Source of the DNA: Octopus sinensis
Lineage: Eukaryota
Length of the DNA stretch: 64,000 bases
Assembly (NCBI RefSeq): GCF_006345805.1
Contig: NC_043001.1
Coordinates: forward strand, 43,400,001-43,464,000
Direction: 5' to 3'
Positions within the stretch are counted from its first letter, which is position 1; each line of letters begins with the position of its first letter. Below the pieces are notes generated by a model. That model did no database searches and had not been told where the DNA came from. It was given only the letters and a program-made list of their open reading frames with translations. Position numbers and translations under genes: made by a program. Shown piece by piece: positions 1 through 14,561 of this stretch.

Positions 1-45
1 CTAATCCTTTCAGGAAAACTTGCTGGATATAAAAGTTATATATCC

Positions 46-95
46 TCACTCATGTTTGAATGTATCGTTTTCCAATAACGGATGTGGTTGTATAT
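46..95 (-). CDS. IkappaB-like gene, probable terminal coding exon ([16 protein letters not shown])
   Basis: tttatatttacag| acceptor; phase-1 join is open to TGA at 48-46. No homology support for this tail. Confidence 0.6.
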
Positions 96-1017
96 CTGTA
101 AATATAAAGAAAGTTTAAGATTTAGAATATTGAAAATGCTTGCAAGGACATTTTATTCTAAATAATTAAAATAAGTATCTGTTTCTGAACATACAATATA
201 ACAGTTATATATACATTGAAATGCTTACCTTTACTTGAAATAGACCATAATGTCTACAGATGTAAGTAAAGTGCAATTTAAAACATGAAACTGTAGAGAA
301 ATTGAATAATTCCAGTTGATTGTTCCCACTTTTGGTTGAATATTTTACTTCCTTTATACTGTCATTTTTCTCCTCAACTTTCATAACCTGTTTCAATTAA
401 ATTTCCTTGATGTCTGATAAATTTTTAATTGCATTGTCTGCTGACTCTATAGACTCATTTCAGTTGGCATGTCATGTTACAATGTGTGCCATTTTGCATT
501 AGCTAACATAAATTTGTATCAAGTTACCTGCCAACAGCAAGCTCTTGGAGTAGTTTCATTGCTGGTATCCTCAATTACCATATATTTCATGTGAGCAATT
601 AAGAGGGATTCAAATTATACTCGCCAATTAATTCAATGTTAATGAGATTAAAACAAAGTTAAAAGAAGGCTAGACCAGTGTGCTGTGGTACACTGGTGTG
701 TCACAGTGTAACCTGAATATAATTTTTTTCCCTATACTTTTAGTTATATTTTTAGTTCAGGTGTGTCACCAATTTTGAAAAGAATATAAGTGTACTGCAA
801 GTGAAAAAATGTTGTGTAGCCCTGAGCTAGACTGAACATGTAGAAACTGTAGTCCAATAATGAAATTTACTTGTGTTAATGTTAAGCTGTTAATATGGTT
901 GCTTCAAATCTCTACTGTTGTGAAGGTGCATAGTCTAACAACAGTGCTGCAATATATAATCCTCTTGTAACCATCCAGTTTTTTTTATATGAAGGACTAC
1001 ATTGTTCCATGTGTTTT

Positions 1018-1059
<42 letters not shown>

Positions 1060-1082
1060 CAAACAAGTGCATAAGGTATGTG

Positions 1083-1125
<43 letters not shown>

Positions 1126-1158
1126 CAAACAAGGTGCATAAGGTATGTGTATGTATAT

Positions 1159-1189
<31 letters not shown>

Positions 1190-4100
1190 TACATACAAGG
1201 TGCATAAGGTATTTGAGGATGTACCTTTTTTGGGTCATTGCTGCATTTTTTGCTTACTCTGTATAATCTTTGTTTCAGATGATTCTGCTAATTCACCATC
1301 TTATTTGTAAATGTACTTCTGTTCTTATAGGAAACAATGACAATATGAAACTGTTATTTACCTTGTAGTTCTCTAACTACCTTATTGTGGTAGTCTTGCA
1401 AGGTTTGTACCAATTTGCATCGTTTGGAAAATAATTCATGATCTTTATCAAAATCATTTACAAGAGTCAAGCAGGTCTCTCCTTTGTCAGATTTATCTGT
1501 GAACATTTTTTTAATATGTTCCCATGATGCAGTCTTCAGAATAATACTAATGACTTCAAAATCAGAAAATTCTATGGCATACATCAAAATATTCTTGCCT
1601 TGTTCTTTATCCTGGAAAAAGAACAGAAGATGATGAGAAGATTTAAATGAATTCCTTTCCAGCTGAGAGTGAACAGATCTCATGGATCTTAGAATAGCTT
1701 GAGTACAAATTGACCAAGACATCACAAAGCCCTATATATAAAAATTAGTATTTCTTTCATTTTGTATAAGCACTAAGAAATTTGATAACATATACTTCCA
1801 AAGTTACCTATGATACTACAGGTAATATTATTTCACTAAACACAATTGAATTCTTGATTCTTTCTAAATTAGCACAAATAGGATCCTGAAATGGTTAGCT
1901 TGTAATTACATTGTTATAAAATTAATAGTGTTTTCATCTTTTATATTGTTTAGCTATTAAAGTAATTAATTTTACCTAGTTCTTTACTACCCACAAGGGG
2001 CTAAACACAGAGGGGACAAACAAGGACAGACAAACGGATTAAGTTGATTACATCGACCCCAGTGCATAACTGGTACTTAATTTTATCGACCCCCGAAAGG
2101 ATGAAAGCAAAGTCGACCTTGGCGGAATTTGAACTCAGAACATAACGGCAGACGAAATATGGCTATGCATTTTGCCCGGCATGCTAACGTTTCTGCCAGC
2201 TCACCGCCTTTAGTCATACACTAATTACAGTATAGCTCACTGGTTACAAATGTTTACCATTCAGTTGGATTAAAGTAATTAATTTTACCATTAGACTAAA
2301 TGTCACCCTAATTTCTTGTTGAAATCACTCCTCACATTAATGCTTTAGTTTATATACTTTATACGTTCACAAAATGAAGTTATTTGTTACGGTTATGCAG
2401 TAATGGAGTTGAATGAATTTCCAACTGAATGGTAAACATTTGTAACCAGTGAGCTATACTGTAATTAGTGTATGACTAAATGCTAGACTTACGCTAGCAG
2501 TAAATATGGAATGGTACAGCTCATAACTATAAATAGCATGAGCTCACTAACCAGTATGTTTTATTAATTTGATGAGTTGAATTTTAATCCAACCATTCAT
2601 GTTAAAGAACAGGATTTAAAAAAAAAAAAATTAATTGCAATAAACATAATTGGGGCAAAGTTTATTTGAGCATAATGGAATTCAGCACCATATGTAGAAT
2701 TGTGAAATTAAAATGCTGAATTACTGTTCATATGGTCATAATGAGTTTCAATTCTTACTCTTTTTTATGTTGTTTCTCTAAATAAAGAGCTATACTAGTT
2801 TCAGTTTAGCTGAAAAGTTCCTCTCCTCTTTTACTACAGTTGAATAATGGGAAGGTAATTCACTTGTACAAATCATAATTTTTTTACTTGTTTCAGTCAT
2901 AAGACTGCAGCCATGCTGGGCACTGGTTTGAAGAATTTTTAGTCAAATCAATTGATCCCAGTACTTATTTTTTTGTAAAGCTTAGTATTTATTCTATCAG
3001 TCTCCTTTGGTAAACTGCTAAGTTATGAGGACGTAAACACAATGACACACACACACGTGAATATGTGTGTGTATATATATATATATATTATATATATATA
3101 TATATACACATATTATATATACATACATACATACACATATACAAATGAGTATATGATGGGCTTTTTTCAGTTTCTATCTACCAAATGCACTCATAAGGCT
3201 TTCGTCAGCCTGAAGCTATAGTACAAGACATTTGGTGAAGGTGTCACACATTGGGACTGAACTCGGAACCATGTGATTGGAAAGCAAGTTTCTTATCACA
3301 CAGCCGCACTCGCAAAATGTTTATATTTCCTAATATCATATTATCCATATCAGCATAGAAAACTGTTTAAAAGGAAAAAAAGAAAATTTATAGGAAAACC
3401 TTTTTTTTTAAATTCCAGATTAGCATTTTGTTTGAATGTTGCAATGGTTTATACCTAATTTCAGCAGTTAAAAGAAATACAAAATATTAAAGATATATCT
3501 GTACCTTACATGATGGATTTGCTTTCATTTGAATGAGTTTTTTGATTATGAAAGTCTTGTCTGTCCCAGCTGGATGAGGAGCTTGAACAGCACAATGAAG
3601 TGCAGTCTGACCTGTAAGTAAAATATATCATACATAAAATCAAAATTAAGATGGTCAAGCCAAAAGTACAATGGATACATGATGTAATTTACCTTTTATT
3701 AAAAAGAAAAACAAACCTCTATCAGGAACATCAAGCTAAAAAGCAGCTCCATTCTTAACTAGCAGGACCCATGAATATATTCTCAGAATAATTGGTAAAC
3801 TTATTGGGTCATTTCTGAAAAGTTTAACCAGAAAATTTGAACGTGTAGCCTGTGTTGTATCTGTATAAAAAGATAGTGACTCAGCTGCTACTCATTGAAT
3901 AGTGAAGGAAATTGGAATATGATGATTACTTAATGCACTTCATATATATGCTTTATATAATTTATGCACAATTTTATAGACCTAATACACAGTACTCTCC
4001 CTCTTTGCCTTACTCTCTTTTTGTCTCTCCTTTTTCTTTCTCCTCTTTTTCTCTTGCTCTTCACCTTTCTCTTTAATCTCATGAAAGCATTACAAACGGG

Positions 4101-7100
4101 CTAAGTAATGGAGGAAAAAACTTAGTCAAAAAAAAATTATATATTTGCAACTGTTCTTTCTGTTCACGATGTGCATTCAGTTGTGAGTGCTTTTGATCTT
4201 CCATGAACAAGCAAGACAAATTTTGCTGCAACTCTTTTCATTCAGAATTCCTCACTCAAAATTCATTGGCAGGAGCTCCAGGAAACTCCAATCATATCAA
4301 CAAGTTTGTCAATTGTTCAGTGACAGTCCTCTAAGATCAGTTCATGAATTTTCATGTTTTCATTTGTTCAGGAGGTTTACGGTTGCCCTGAATGAGGTTA
4401 GTCCTCAAACAAGTAATCATTCCTAAAGCATGAAAATCACTTGTAAAGTTGTGTTTTGTTCATGGCAGCGGCCTTGCAAACTATCTGAAGCAGGACAACT
4501 GTTTTGGCCTCCGTTTTCCCCAGCAGAAAACAGAATTTTACGAAAGCACACTGTTCTTTCATTTTAGCCATCACAAAAATTGACAAACAGGGAAGAAGCG
4601 CTGCAAAACAAAGACACACCATGTGGCAGTATGACCACACCCAACACTGCCAGTTAGCAGACTGATGCCTGAAGGTTGTATCAAGTGGGTTCCAGCAGCA
4701 GAAGCCTGAACTACAATGGGCTTGTCCCGCAAAAAATGTTTCTGGTTCTTTTGGGTACCCCCTTATACATAGCAGAAGTGCTGAAGTAACTAGTAGCTAA
4801 AGTAGCAATGAATGACAAACTGAGAGTGGTATATAGGTTTTGCTATTTAAGTGATATGAAGCAAGTTATGATATCAAAACGACTAATTTTTGAGAAGGTA
4901 GAAGTAAATTTGAGGATTATTATCTCTTGAATCAAAAGGATTATTATCTCTTGAATGAAAGAGAAGTACAAGTATATTCTAAGAATCATAATGTTGCATG
5001 ACAGTGAAATACAGGTAGTTAATGTAAAGAAATCAGTCACTTATGATCAATTAAGGAAAATTTGACTTTCTTGTCACCAACTTTCACCTGTTTCCCTATT
5101 GCAGAATACTGGAAACAAATGAGACTGGTTCTATGACCATGACACTCAATTGCAACTATCACATGCTGTCAAAACAGAGACACACAAACACACATGCATG
5201 TATATGTACAACAAACTTGTTTCAGTTTCCATCTACTAAATCCACTCACAAGGCTTTGGTCAGCCTGAAGTTATGGCAGGCAATACTTGTCCAAGATGCC
5301 ACACAGATGCAGGTAATACTTGTCCAAGATGCCACACAGATGCAGGCAATACTTGTCCAAGATGCCACACAGATGCAGGCAATACTTGTCCAAGATGCCA
5401 CACAGATGCAGGCAATACTTGTCCAAGATGCCACAGTGGGGATTGAACTTCTTATCACAGTCATACTTGTGCCTACTCAAAGAAATATTTCATCTTTGAG
5501 AAAATTAAGTATCACATTTGAAATGACATAGAACTGAGATGCATGGAAAGTTGTAATGTTCAATACATGATTGCATGGGAAAATATGATCAGAGAAAAAT
5601 TGATGATGATAGATATCACCTACATATGAAAATATTAAACTGAAATCAAATTTGAATAAGGAATTGAAGATGAAAATGAAAAAAAAAAATAAATAAATAA
5701 ACAAAAGTTTCCATTACCATCTGAGTTCTTGATATCTAAATCAATGTCTTTGGCTGTTAAAAGTTCTTTCACTAATATTCTTTTTAGTCTAGAGGCAGCC
5801 AGATGGAGAGGGGCTTCAAATTTTGAACTGTCTTCCTGAAAGCTCTGAAAAAAATTATAGAAAGTAATAAGAAAATATGGAGAAAGTATTTATGGATATG
5901 AAAGAAAAAATATTTGGTGGATGAATTTAAACCAATAGGATGTAATTATTAAAAATATCTACAAAATATGACACAAGGAACAATATCTGTAGTAGTAAAC
6001 TATTGACAACATCTACTGTTTTGTACTCAGAGCAAAGCACATAATACTGCATGACTCAGTTTTCCTGATTTCACTTCACATTTGAGTGGTTACTAATAAC
6101 AAAGAAATGTTATAAAGAAAGAAAAGAAAAACAATATATACAACAGTATGTATATATCTAAATTTGTATAATCTATATCACCCACATGATTATGAATAAA
6201 TAGGTGGCAAATAGAAAAAAATGTAAGTTTATTTTAAATGAATATCTGAATCTTCCCTTTTTTCACTTTAATAAAGAATTAGTCTAGGATATCACAGAAA
6301 AGAAGTAGATTCTTATAGACTCATATAGTCTAATTTAAATACATGATTCAACTTTTGAATTTCCATCAACACTATTTTAATATTTGATAAATCTGAAACA
6401 TTATACCAGTGTTAGGAAATCAATATGGTATTATTATTTAGTAAAATACTGAAGAGAAATATTTTGCATATCTCCTTATGGTAAGAAAAACACTGATTTT
6501 TATGGATAATGTAAATTCATTTTAGGAATTGAAAGTCAGATTTTTACTTTTGCTAATATGTTGACGTCAGCTCCGTGATTTATTAAAATATGAACCATAC
6601 TTGGAAAATTTTTTATCACAGCCAAATGAAGTGCAGTCTGAAACAGTGAAATAAGTCAGATGTTACAAGATGTCAAGTGTAGTATTACAGTTTGGTTGCA
6701 TTGAAACAATATAATTTGATAACATTACCAATATCTAGATAAATATTCTAGACAAGAACAACAATTGTTGGGGTTAAGACTCACACTACTGATCACATAA
6801 TCCTAAGTCCAATTCTTATTACAGCTATTATATTATGTTCTTGTGTAAAACACATGCTACTTGATACAATCCAATTTACTTGATCTCCAGGACATCTATC
6901 TGCAAAAAAGATTTTTTCCCACAAAAATAAAAATACCCCACTCAGGCTAGCATGGGAAAGTGAAAATACAATGTAATTTTTAAAAAATTCAATTAGATGC
7001 AGCTAAGCTCACTTTCTAACCATGAGGTTTCTGGTTCAGCCCCACTGCATGGCATGTTGGGCAAGTGTCTTCTATTACAGCCTTGGGCTGACCCTATACC

Positions 7101-10100
7101 TTGTGAAACTGTGTGGAAGCCAAGGTGCACACACACACACATCATCATCATCATTCAATGTCTGCCTTCCATGCTGGCATGGGTGGGACAAACAAATATA
7201 TATATATGTATATGTTTACATGTGTATGTGTCTTTGTGTTTGCTCCCACCCATCTTGCATGAAAACTGGTGTTGGTTTACTTACATCCCCTGTAACTTAG
7301 TGGTTCAGCAAAGGAGGCTGATAGAAGTACCAGATTCAAAAGATTAGCACTGGGGTTGCTTTGTTCAAATAAAGCCTTCAAAGTGGTGCCCCTAATATGG
7401 CCACACACAGTTCAATGACTGAAACAAGTAAAAGATAACTAACTGATATAGTTATATAAACTGTAAACCTTAAAATTTTTTAAGGTAGCAGACAAATACA
7501 TTTATTTAAAGTGCAGTCATGATATAATACATCTTTCATTAAAAGCGCTAAGCAATATTTTGATAGGATTACTTTGTAGAATTACAGCCAGCTGAATTGG
7601 CATGTTGTACATTTCTCAGATAATACATTAATAATTGGTATGAGTATGACAAGTACTAAACTGTATCTTTAGAACATATATTTAACTCTGAATTACTGAG
7701 TCTATCTAGCTATAAATACATACCATATACAGGTAATGCTCCCAATGGCTTATAAGGCAATCATTTTTCTCTTCTCACATCATATCTGGCCAAAATATTT
7801 ACCTGTTTTATATTTAAACAGGACAGACCTGATCTCTCACATCTACCCTACAATGTCGTTCTAGAAATAAACAATCACATCATCAAATTCTCTTAGCTAC
7901 AAGATAACACATGATTAATTCAAAAAACAATGTGAATAAATAAGAATTACATTTGTCAGAATAATCTGAATGGAAAAGGGTTAATGTCAGTAATGCTATA
8001 ATTGAAACTACCATTTTCAAATCCAATTTACCATACTAAAACATTAGATATGAAAGAATCAATAAGGGTGCCATTACAAGCTCACTCAACTTGTAAGAAA
8101 AGTAGCAAAATCTCTCTCAAATCACATCATTATCATAAACCCTGGAGATTTCTGTCTTCAGTCCTAAGATTCTTAGGACCAATTACCCAGTTTCCATGGC
8201 ATTGATGCACCACCCAGTCCAGGAATCAAAACCAATCTTGTGATCATGAGTACAACTCCTTAACCATTAGGTCACATGCCTTCACTTCTCAAATCACACC
8301 TCACTGTTTTAAAACAAGTACTACATAAGGTCAAACAACAACATTGAGGTCATTTCCATGGCAAATAATTTTATATTGGGATTGTTAGAAATATTAACAC
8401 TCAGAGACAAACTAATAGCATCTAAAAGAATAATATTTGCAATATATCTACACTTACATTTGAGGAACATAAGAGGATTGGAAATTATAATTAAAGATTT
8501 ACCTGTTGGTAATCGTTTTTGAAGTTAATGATATGTTGTTTAAACTGCAACTTATCCAATTGTTTTAGCAAAGCCTCCAATAAATATACATTATTATTTT
8601 CTGCAGCTTCATGAAGATGACTGTAATAAAACCAATACAATAATTCATAAAAACAGCTAATAATGAAATTACAAGTAATTTAAAACATTGACTGTTTACA
8701 TGGAATCACAGCAAATTTAGAAATTCTTGATGCTACGATGCTCTTCTATCATGATATGTTACACAATCATATATGAAGGCAAATTACTAAAGAACTTAAA
8801 TGCACACACAATTACAGAACATGTTATAATAACTTTCAGCATTGCATATCAGTGAAAAAAAAAAATGTCATCCAGATCTGGACAAATTCTTTCTACACTC
8901 ACCCAGAACTAATAATCTAAAGCTTCCTCACTAGATGTACTGTTTTCTCAAACCCTTTAAAATGTCTAACAAAAGAGACTTCATAAATTGGGTTTATACC
9001 CTCCAATACCAATTTTTAAAAAGTTAAATTTAGATTTTCAAGCCTGTTCTCTGCTGCTTATTAGATAGCTCCTTATTACAATGAGGTCCTTCAGTATCTT
9101 CAAAGATAATATTACATACATCTTCAACTCCAGACTTAAAATGAAGTAATGTCATATCTTTACATTAGATATTTCCCCCTTTCTTTTGTAATTTACAACA
9201 AAATAAGTGGCTGCTTGAGGCCAGTTTTAGAGCTAGTTTTATGGTCTTGTTGAGGATGATTTTCAATAAAGAAAACATTCTTAGATTCACATTCCCTTCT
9301 TTGTATTTCCTCATAACCCACAGATACAAGGAATTGGTCAACAAGAGAATGCTTAGGGTTAGTTTTAACTATACTTTCAACATGAAACAAATTAGAATGT
9401 ACAAGCCCACCTCACACATTGAAACCAATTACTGATGTAGGTGCAATACTGCATGTTTTGCTCAATGGATCCTACAACAGAGAGGCCATTATACACAAGA
9501 CAGAAGTCAATTTTTTAGACACAAAACTATACCAATAACTTAAAGTGGTATATTGGTATGATAGAAGGGCTAGTTAAAAGATTTCATAACCAAACATCTA
9601 TCCTCAGAAACATTGAAAAACAGAATGTAATGAAAATAGCAAACAATATCTGGTTACTGACAGAAGTCTTGAAGCTAGGACATAAGCTGAAGAATTGATG
9701 AAAAATGTTAACCATTATTAGCTAAGTGTTGTATTGGCACACTTGTTGCAAACACAATAAGTTTGTTTTAGGAAAATGGGCATAAATCCCTAAATGATGA
9801 AATATTCATCCAGATCTTGGCAGCAAGAGCTGAGATACAAAACTTCTATTTAATAATTTAACTTCAATATTGATTACTGATTCTTTTTAAATATATATTT
9901 CTAATTCAACAAAGTACCAAGGGTGGCAACTTTCCAGGTTCTTAATCTATTGAATTATACATATATTTCATGAGATGTACACAAAACAGTGTCTCTATTC
10001 CTTCTCAATATATTCTGGCAGATTCAAATGTGGCTGTCTGATTGCTGTTATGTTCTATCATCAAAGAATATCTCTCTTTAGATTATATATGTTCATAATG

Positions 10101-13100
10101 CACATGATTCACAAGAGTTAAGAGGCTTTGAGATATTGTGCTGTCTTGAGCTTATTTTGTGTCTCCTCAGTCTAAGCTCCTTGGACCAATGAACCTAACA
10201 AGAGTACAGGCTTGATGGTATATGTGTGTGTGTATAAATCTATTTCCTATGCGTTCTCAGTGTTTATAGCTCCTGCACATCTTCCACACACAAAAACTAC
10301 TTACTCTACAAACCTTCCAGTAATTACACTACATCTCATGTCCAAATTTTCACCATATGGAATTCCTGTTAACAACTTTTCTACATATTGAGCAGGGCTA
10401 CTGACTTGATGGGGGCGGAATCCTGTTGGTTTTTCTCCTTGTTTGAACTTTGGTCTTTACTAAGCCCATAGATATCAAGTTTTGCTTCCACACTTGGAAT
10501 TTCTTTTCTAATTTTGCCACAAATTCTACGAGAACGAGGTCATCAGCATATAGCCAGTCTGTTATAGCTTGGACGACAACAATGAATAGGAGGGGACTGA
10601 ACCTCAGCCTGTATTTAAAATTTGTTGCTCTACACGGCTAACTCACCTTACTGACAGCACCACTGTACGTGACTTATGTGGCTTTCATAAGCCATTTGTC
10701 TATTTCTGGCTTCTTCAGAAACCACTGGATTATAGAATGAGGCACTCTGTTGAAGGCTTCATTTGGGTTGACCATCGCCAGATGCAATGGTTTACTTTTT
10801 GCTAAATACTTCTCTTATGAATTATGAAGATGGCATTAGTTATATTTATTCCTGGCACAAAACCAAACTGCATATCATCTAACCTAATCCTGGACTATAA
10901 CTCTTAGCTTTCATACTTCTGCAAAGCATCTCCTTTACCTTTGTAACAACAGACTATAAAGCTGCTACACCAGTCTGTGTGTGACATCTTCCTGTATATC
11001 CTGGTTAATTATATGGGTGACCAGGCTGTATCCTACTCAGCCAGATATTTTTAGCAGTGTTTCGTTACGGAGCAGGGACTTACTCTGCCCTCATGTCCTC
11101 AATTGTTTTATCAATCATACTGTTGCAACTAGAGTAGTTGGGTCCATATTGGAAAGACCTTCTTTCTTTCATGTCTCATGCAAAAAGCACCCAGCACACT
11201 TTGTAAAGTGGTGAGTGTTAGGAAAGGGTATCTTGCTGTAGAAACCATGCCAAAAGAGACAATTGGAGCCTGGTGCAGTCCTCCAGCTTATCAACTCCAT
11301 TCAAACTGTTCAACCCATGCCAGCATGGGAAACATGTCAACTGAAGATGTTGATTGTGCGTGCGCGCGTGTGTGTATGTATGTATGTATGTATGTATATA
11401 TATATATATCCTCCAGAATGTTTATAAACAGAAAAATCAGTAGCATCTATTACCTATTTTGTTTCCAATTTCACAATGCCAATACATGACCTCTCCTGAA
11501 TTGTTCTTTTTGCTCCAACAAATCACCATTACATGTATATAGTCACAAAGTGATAAAACTTCCCAAGTAATCAAGCCTAATAAGGTTGATGATACTCCTG
11601 TTACTCCAAGTAACACAATCCTGAGCTAACTCCTATATTGTCTATACTCATCAATCTTATTCTTTCTCTAGGGATCTACCTGAATTCACAAACACTGTAT
11701 TTCATTCCTAAGAAGTGCAATTTCTCTATGACAATATTCACTCACTGCCTTTACTTCCTAAATCCCAAGTGAGAACTCCAACTTTTCTCTCCACAGTAAC
11801 CATCAATACAGTTTCTGTCGTGGCACTCCATTGGTTACAATGATGAGGGTTCCAGTTAATCTGATCAATGGAACAGCCTGCTTATGAAATTAATGTGCAA
11901 GTGGCTGAGCAATCCACAGACATGTGTACCCTTAATGTAGTTCTTGGAGAGATTCAGCATGAACAGAAATAGAAAGAAAGAATGAGAGAAAGTTGTGGCG
12001 AATAAGTACAGCAGGGTTCGCCACCAACCTCTGCTGGAGCCTCATGGAGCTTTTAGGTGTTTTCGCTCAATAAACACTCACAACTTCTGGTCTGGGAATT
12101 GAAACTGCGAGTCTGCTGCCCTAATCAATGTGAAATAAAGTGTCTTGCTCAAGGACACAACACCTCACTGGGAATTGAACTCATGACCTTAAGATTGTGA
12201 GCCGAATGCCCTAAACACTAAGCCATGTGCCTTCACACAGTTTCTATACCTAGATTTACTGGAGACTTGCTTATCATACACCAGTAGTTTCTCCTTTAAA
12301 CATTCAGTAAAGGCAAGCATTGTTGTTGCACTGACAAAGTATTCAACTGTGTCTGGTATGTGAAACTACTAGCTAAATTGAATGCTTATTTGTTCCCTCC
12401 ATCCCTTATTTACTGGATTAGAAGTATCGTTAGATTGCGCCAATACTGCAAACATGGTTGTGTTTCCTCAGACTGACACTCTAAAATCTGGTTTTCTCAG
12501 TGTCAATTAGCTATATCTGTCACTTTTTTTTCTGTACCTTGATGAAATTCTTACTATTGCCATACATGCTACTGTATTTTTATACACCCTTTCACTTCTC
12601 TCTAAACCTTCAAATACAACTTAGACATTACACAGTCTTTATAATTCTTGGCTAAAAGCTCTCAAAGTTATGACAAATGCTAGGCTTCACAATCTCTGAT
12701 CTTTCATGCTTATCTGACATATAAGGCAAAACTGCATTGCAAAGATTATGGGTCCTCTTTAGGACCAGAAATTACTTCAGCTTTGATCATTTGGTGAGCC
12801 TTTATAAAACTCAAGACTCACATTTGAGTGTAGTTCATATACTTAGGACAGCTGGAGGTATACATACAAACATTCAAAACAGCTGAAAAAACCCCCTGCT
12901 TTTTTTTGGCTGTTCTGTAAAATATTCTTTCATTAGTATGGTTAACCAGTAGCTCAAAGATGGCTAATCCATTTTTTCTAATGGTCTTCCAGGTTTTTTG
13001 TTACCATTTCATAAAATTACTTACGTGCCACTCCCACCAATTTTACGAAAGTCCTCTTTAGTCAAGCCATCAATTTGCTGTTGGTTAATATTTCTTTTTT

Positions 13101-14405
13101 GTGAGGCTGAACAAATATAACGATACAAAACAATAACTATATTAAAAACATAAACATAATAAAAGAAAACTGTACAGAAGGTATCAGGTCTATTATTACA
13201 TCTACAACCATCATCAAATGGTTGTTTACAAGGTGTCAGGTCTAGGTTTAGCACCATGGTTGAGCATTTCACTTTGCAATCAAATGGTTATGCATTCAAT
13301 CTCATTGCATAACAACTTGGAAATAGCTTTTACTATAGCTTCAACTAGACAAAAACTTTGTCAACAGAATTTGCCAGGGATAAACAGAAGCCCCAAATCA
13401 CCATCTAAATGCATTTTGTTTATCAGAGTTATTTTGTTGAAATTTGCAACACTTTCAGTGATTGCCTCTTGCCTATCAGAAATCGTGTGTCTGTCAATTA
13501 GAAGTAAGGGTGATGATGACCAACAGGTTTGTGTGTGCATGTATCCTTACCTACTCTCCTAAACTACACACACATACAAGCAGCAAGGTCTCAAATGGCT
13601 TCCATAGTGAAGTGGGAGAGATAGTCACTGAAAGATTGTGAATACTGATGAAAGAACTTTGACAAAAAAAAAAAAAAAGAAGAAGAAGAAAAAGAAGAAA
13701 AGATTGACTATTTAACGAGCAATTAGCTAGTCGGATAGATATTTAACCAATTGACTGATAATAAAGGAGTGGAATTGAACTGGTGCATGTGTTATTAATA
13801 TTGGTGTAATGACTCTCTAGAAACAACAAAATTTGTTTCAACACATGAATTCACATAAAAAATATTGCAAAACAAGTACAAAGTACATACATACATATAT
13901 CTATATATATAAAACTCTAGTTGTGTGAGTGTCTGTCCCCTTCGATTTAGATTCCTAACTCCTCCCACATTTTGCGGTGCAGTTTAACCAAATTCGGGTA
14001 TCTTATAGTCGTGATTCATATCGAGCCCGTCTGACTATTAGCGCGCATCAACGATGAGTCTACGATTTTAAAAATAATTTAACATAATTTTTTATTCCAT
14101 TTTAATGCATAAAATGCATCGTGTGTCGATGGCGGCGGAGTTGGCGTCCACGCTCACAGCTGCACCTGTTTGCTTCTCCCCCTTCCCTCCCTCGTGAAGC
14201 TGTGGGGAAGGGAGTGTAAAGAAATCAACGTCGTAATGCGTTGTGAAGGAAACCAGCGTTCTTTTAGAACAACGACTTCATGGCTTGAAGACACCAAAAC
14301 AAAAATGGCTAAGAAAGCCCGAATTTATAAGGGAAGTAACTCTCTAAAAATGCTTATATAGTTATTTCCCTTACAAACCCGAGCAATGCCGGGCGATACT
14401 GCTAG

Positions 14406-14449
<44 letters not shown>

Positions 14450-14500
14450 TATATATATACACACATACATGCATATATATAAATATACATATGTATATAT

Positions 14501-14561
<61 letters not shown>

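Noticed and set aside
1612-1725. N-terminal part of ORF 1354..1725 as a standalone gene
   Set aside because: Reads through a polypyrimidine tract and acceptor; only 1611-1362 fits the spliced model.
3717-3860. Possible extra minus-strand exon between ankyrin exons
   Set aside because: In-frame TAG, no ankyrin similarity, and the flanking exons already join in phase.
5133-5531. ORFs with 11-aa repeats and a CRISPR-like 33-bp array
   Set aside because: Units are head-to-tail with no spacers, lie inside a SINE in a eukaryotic intron, and there are no cas genes.
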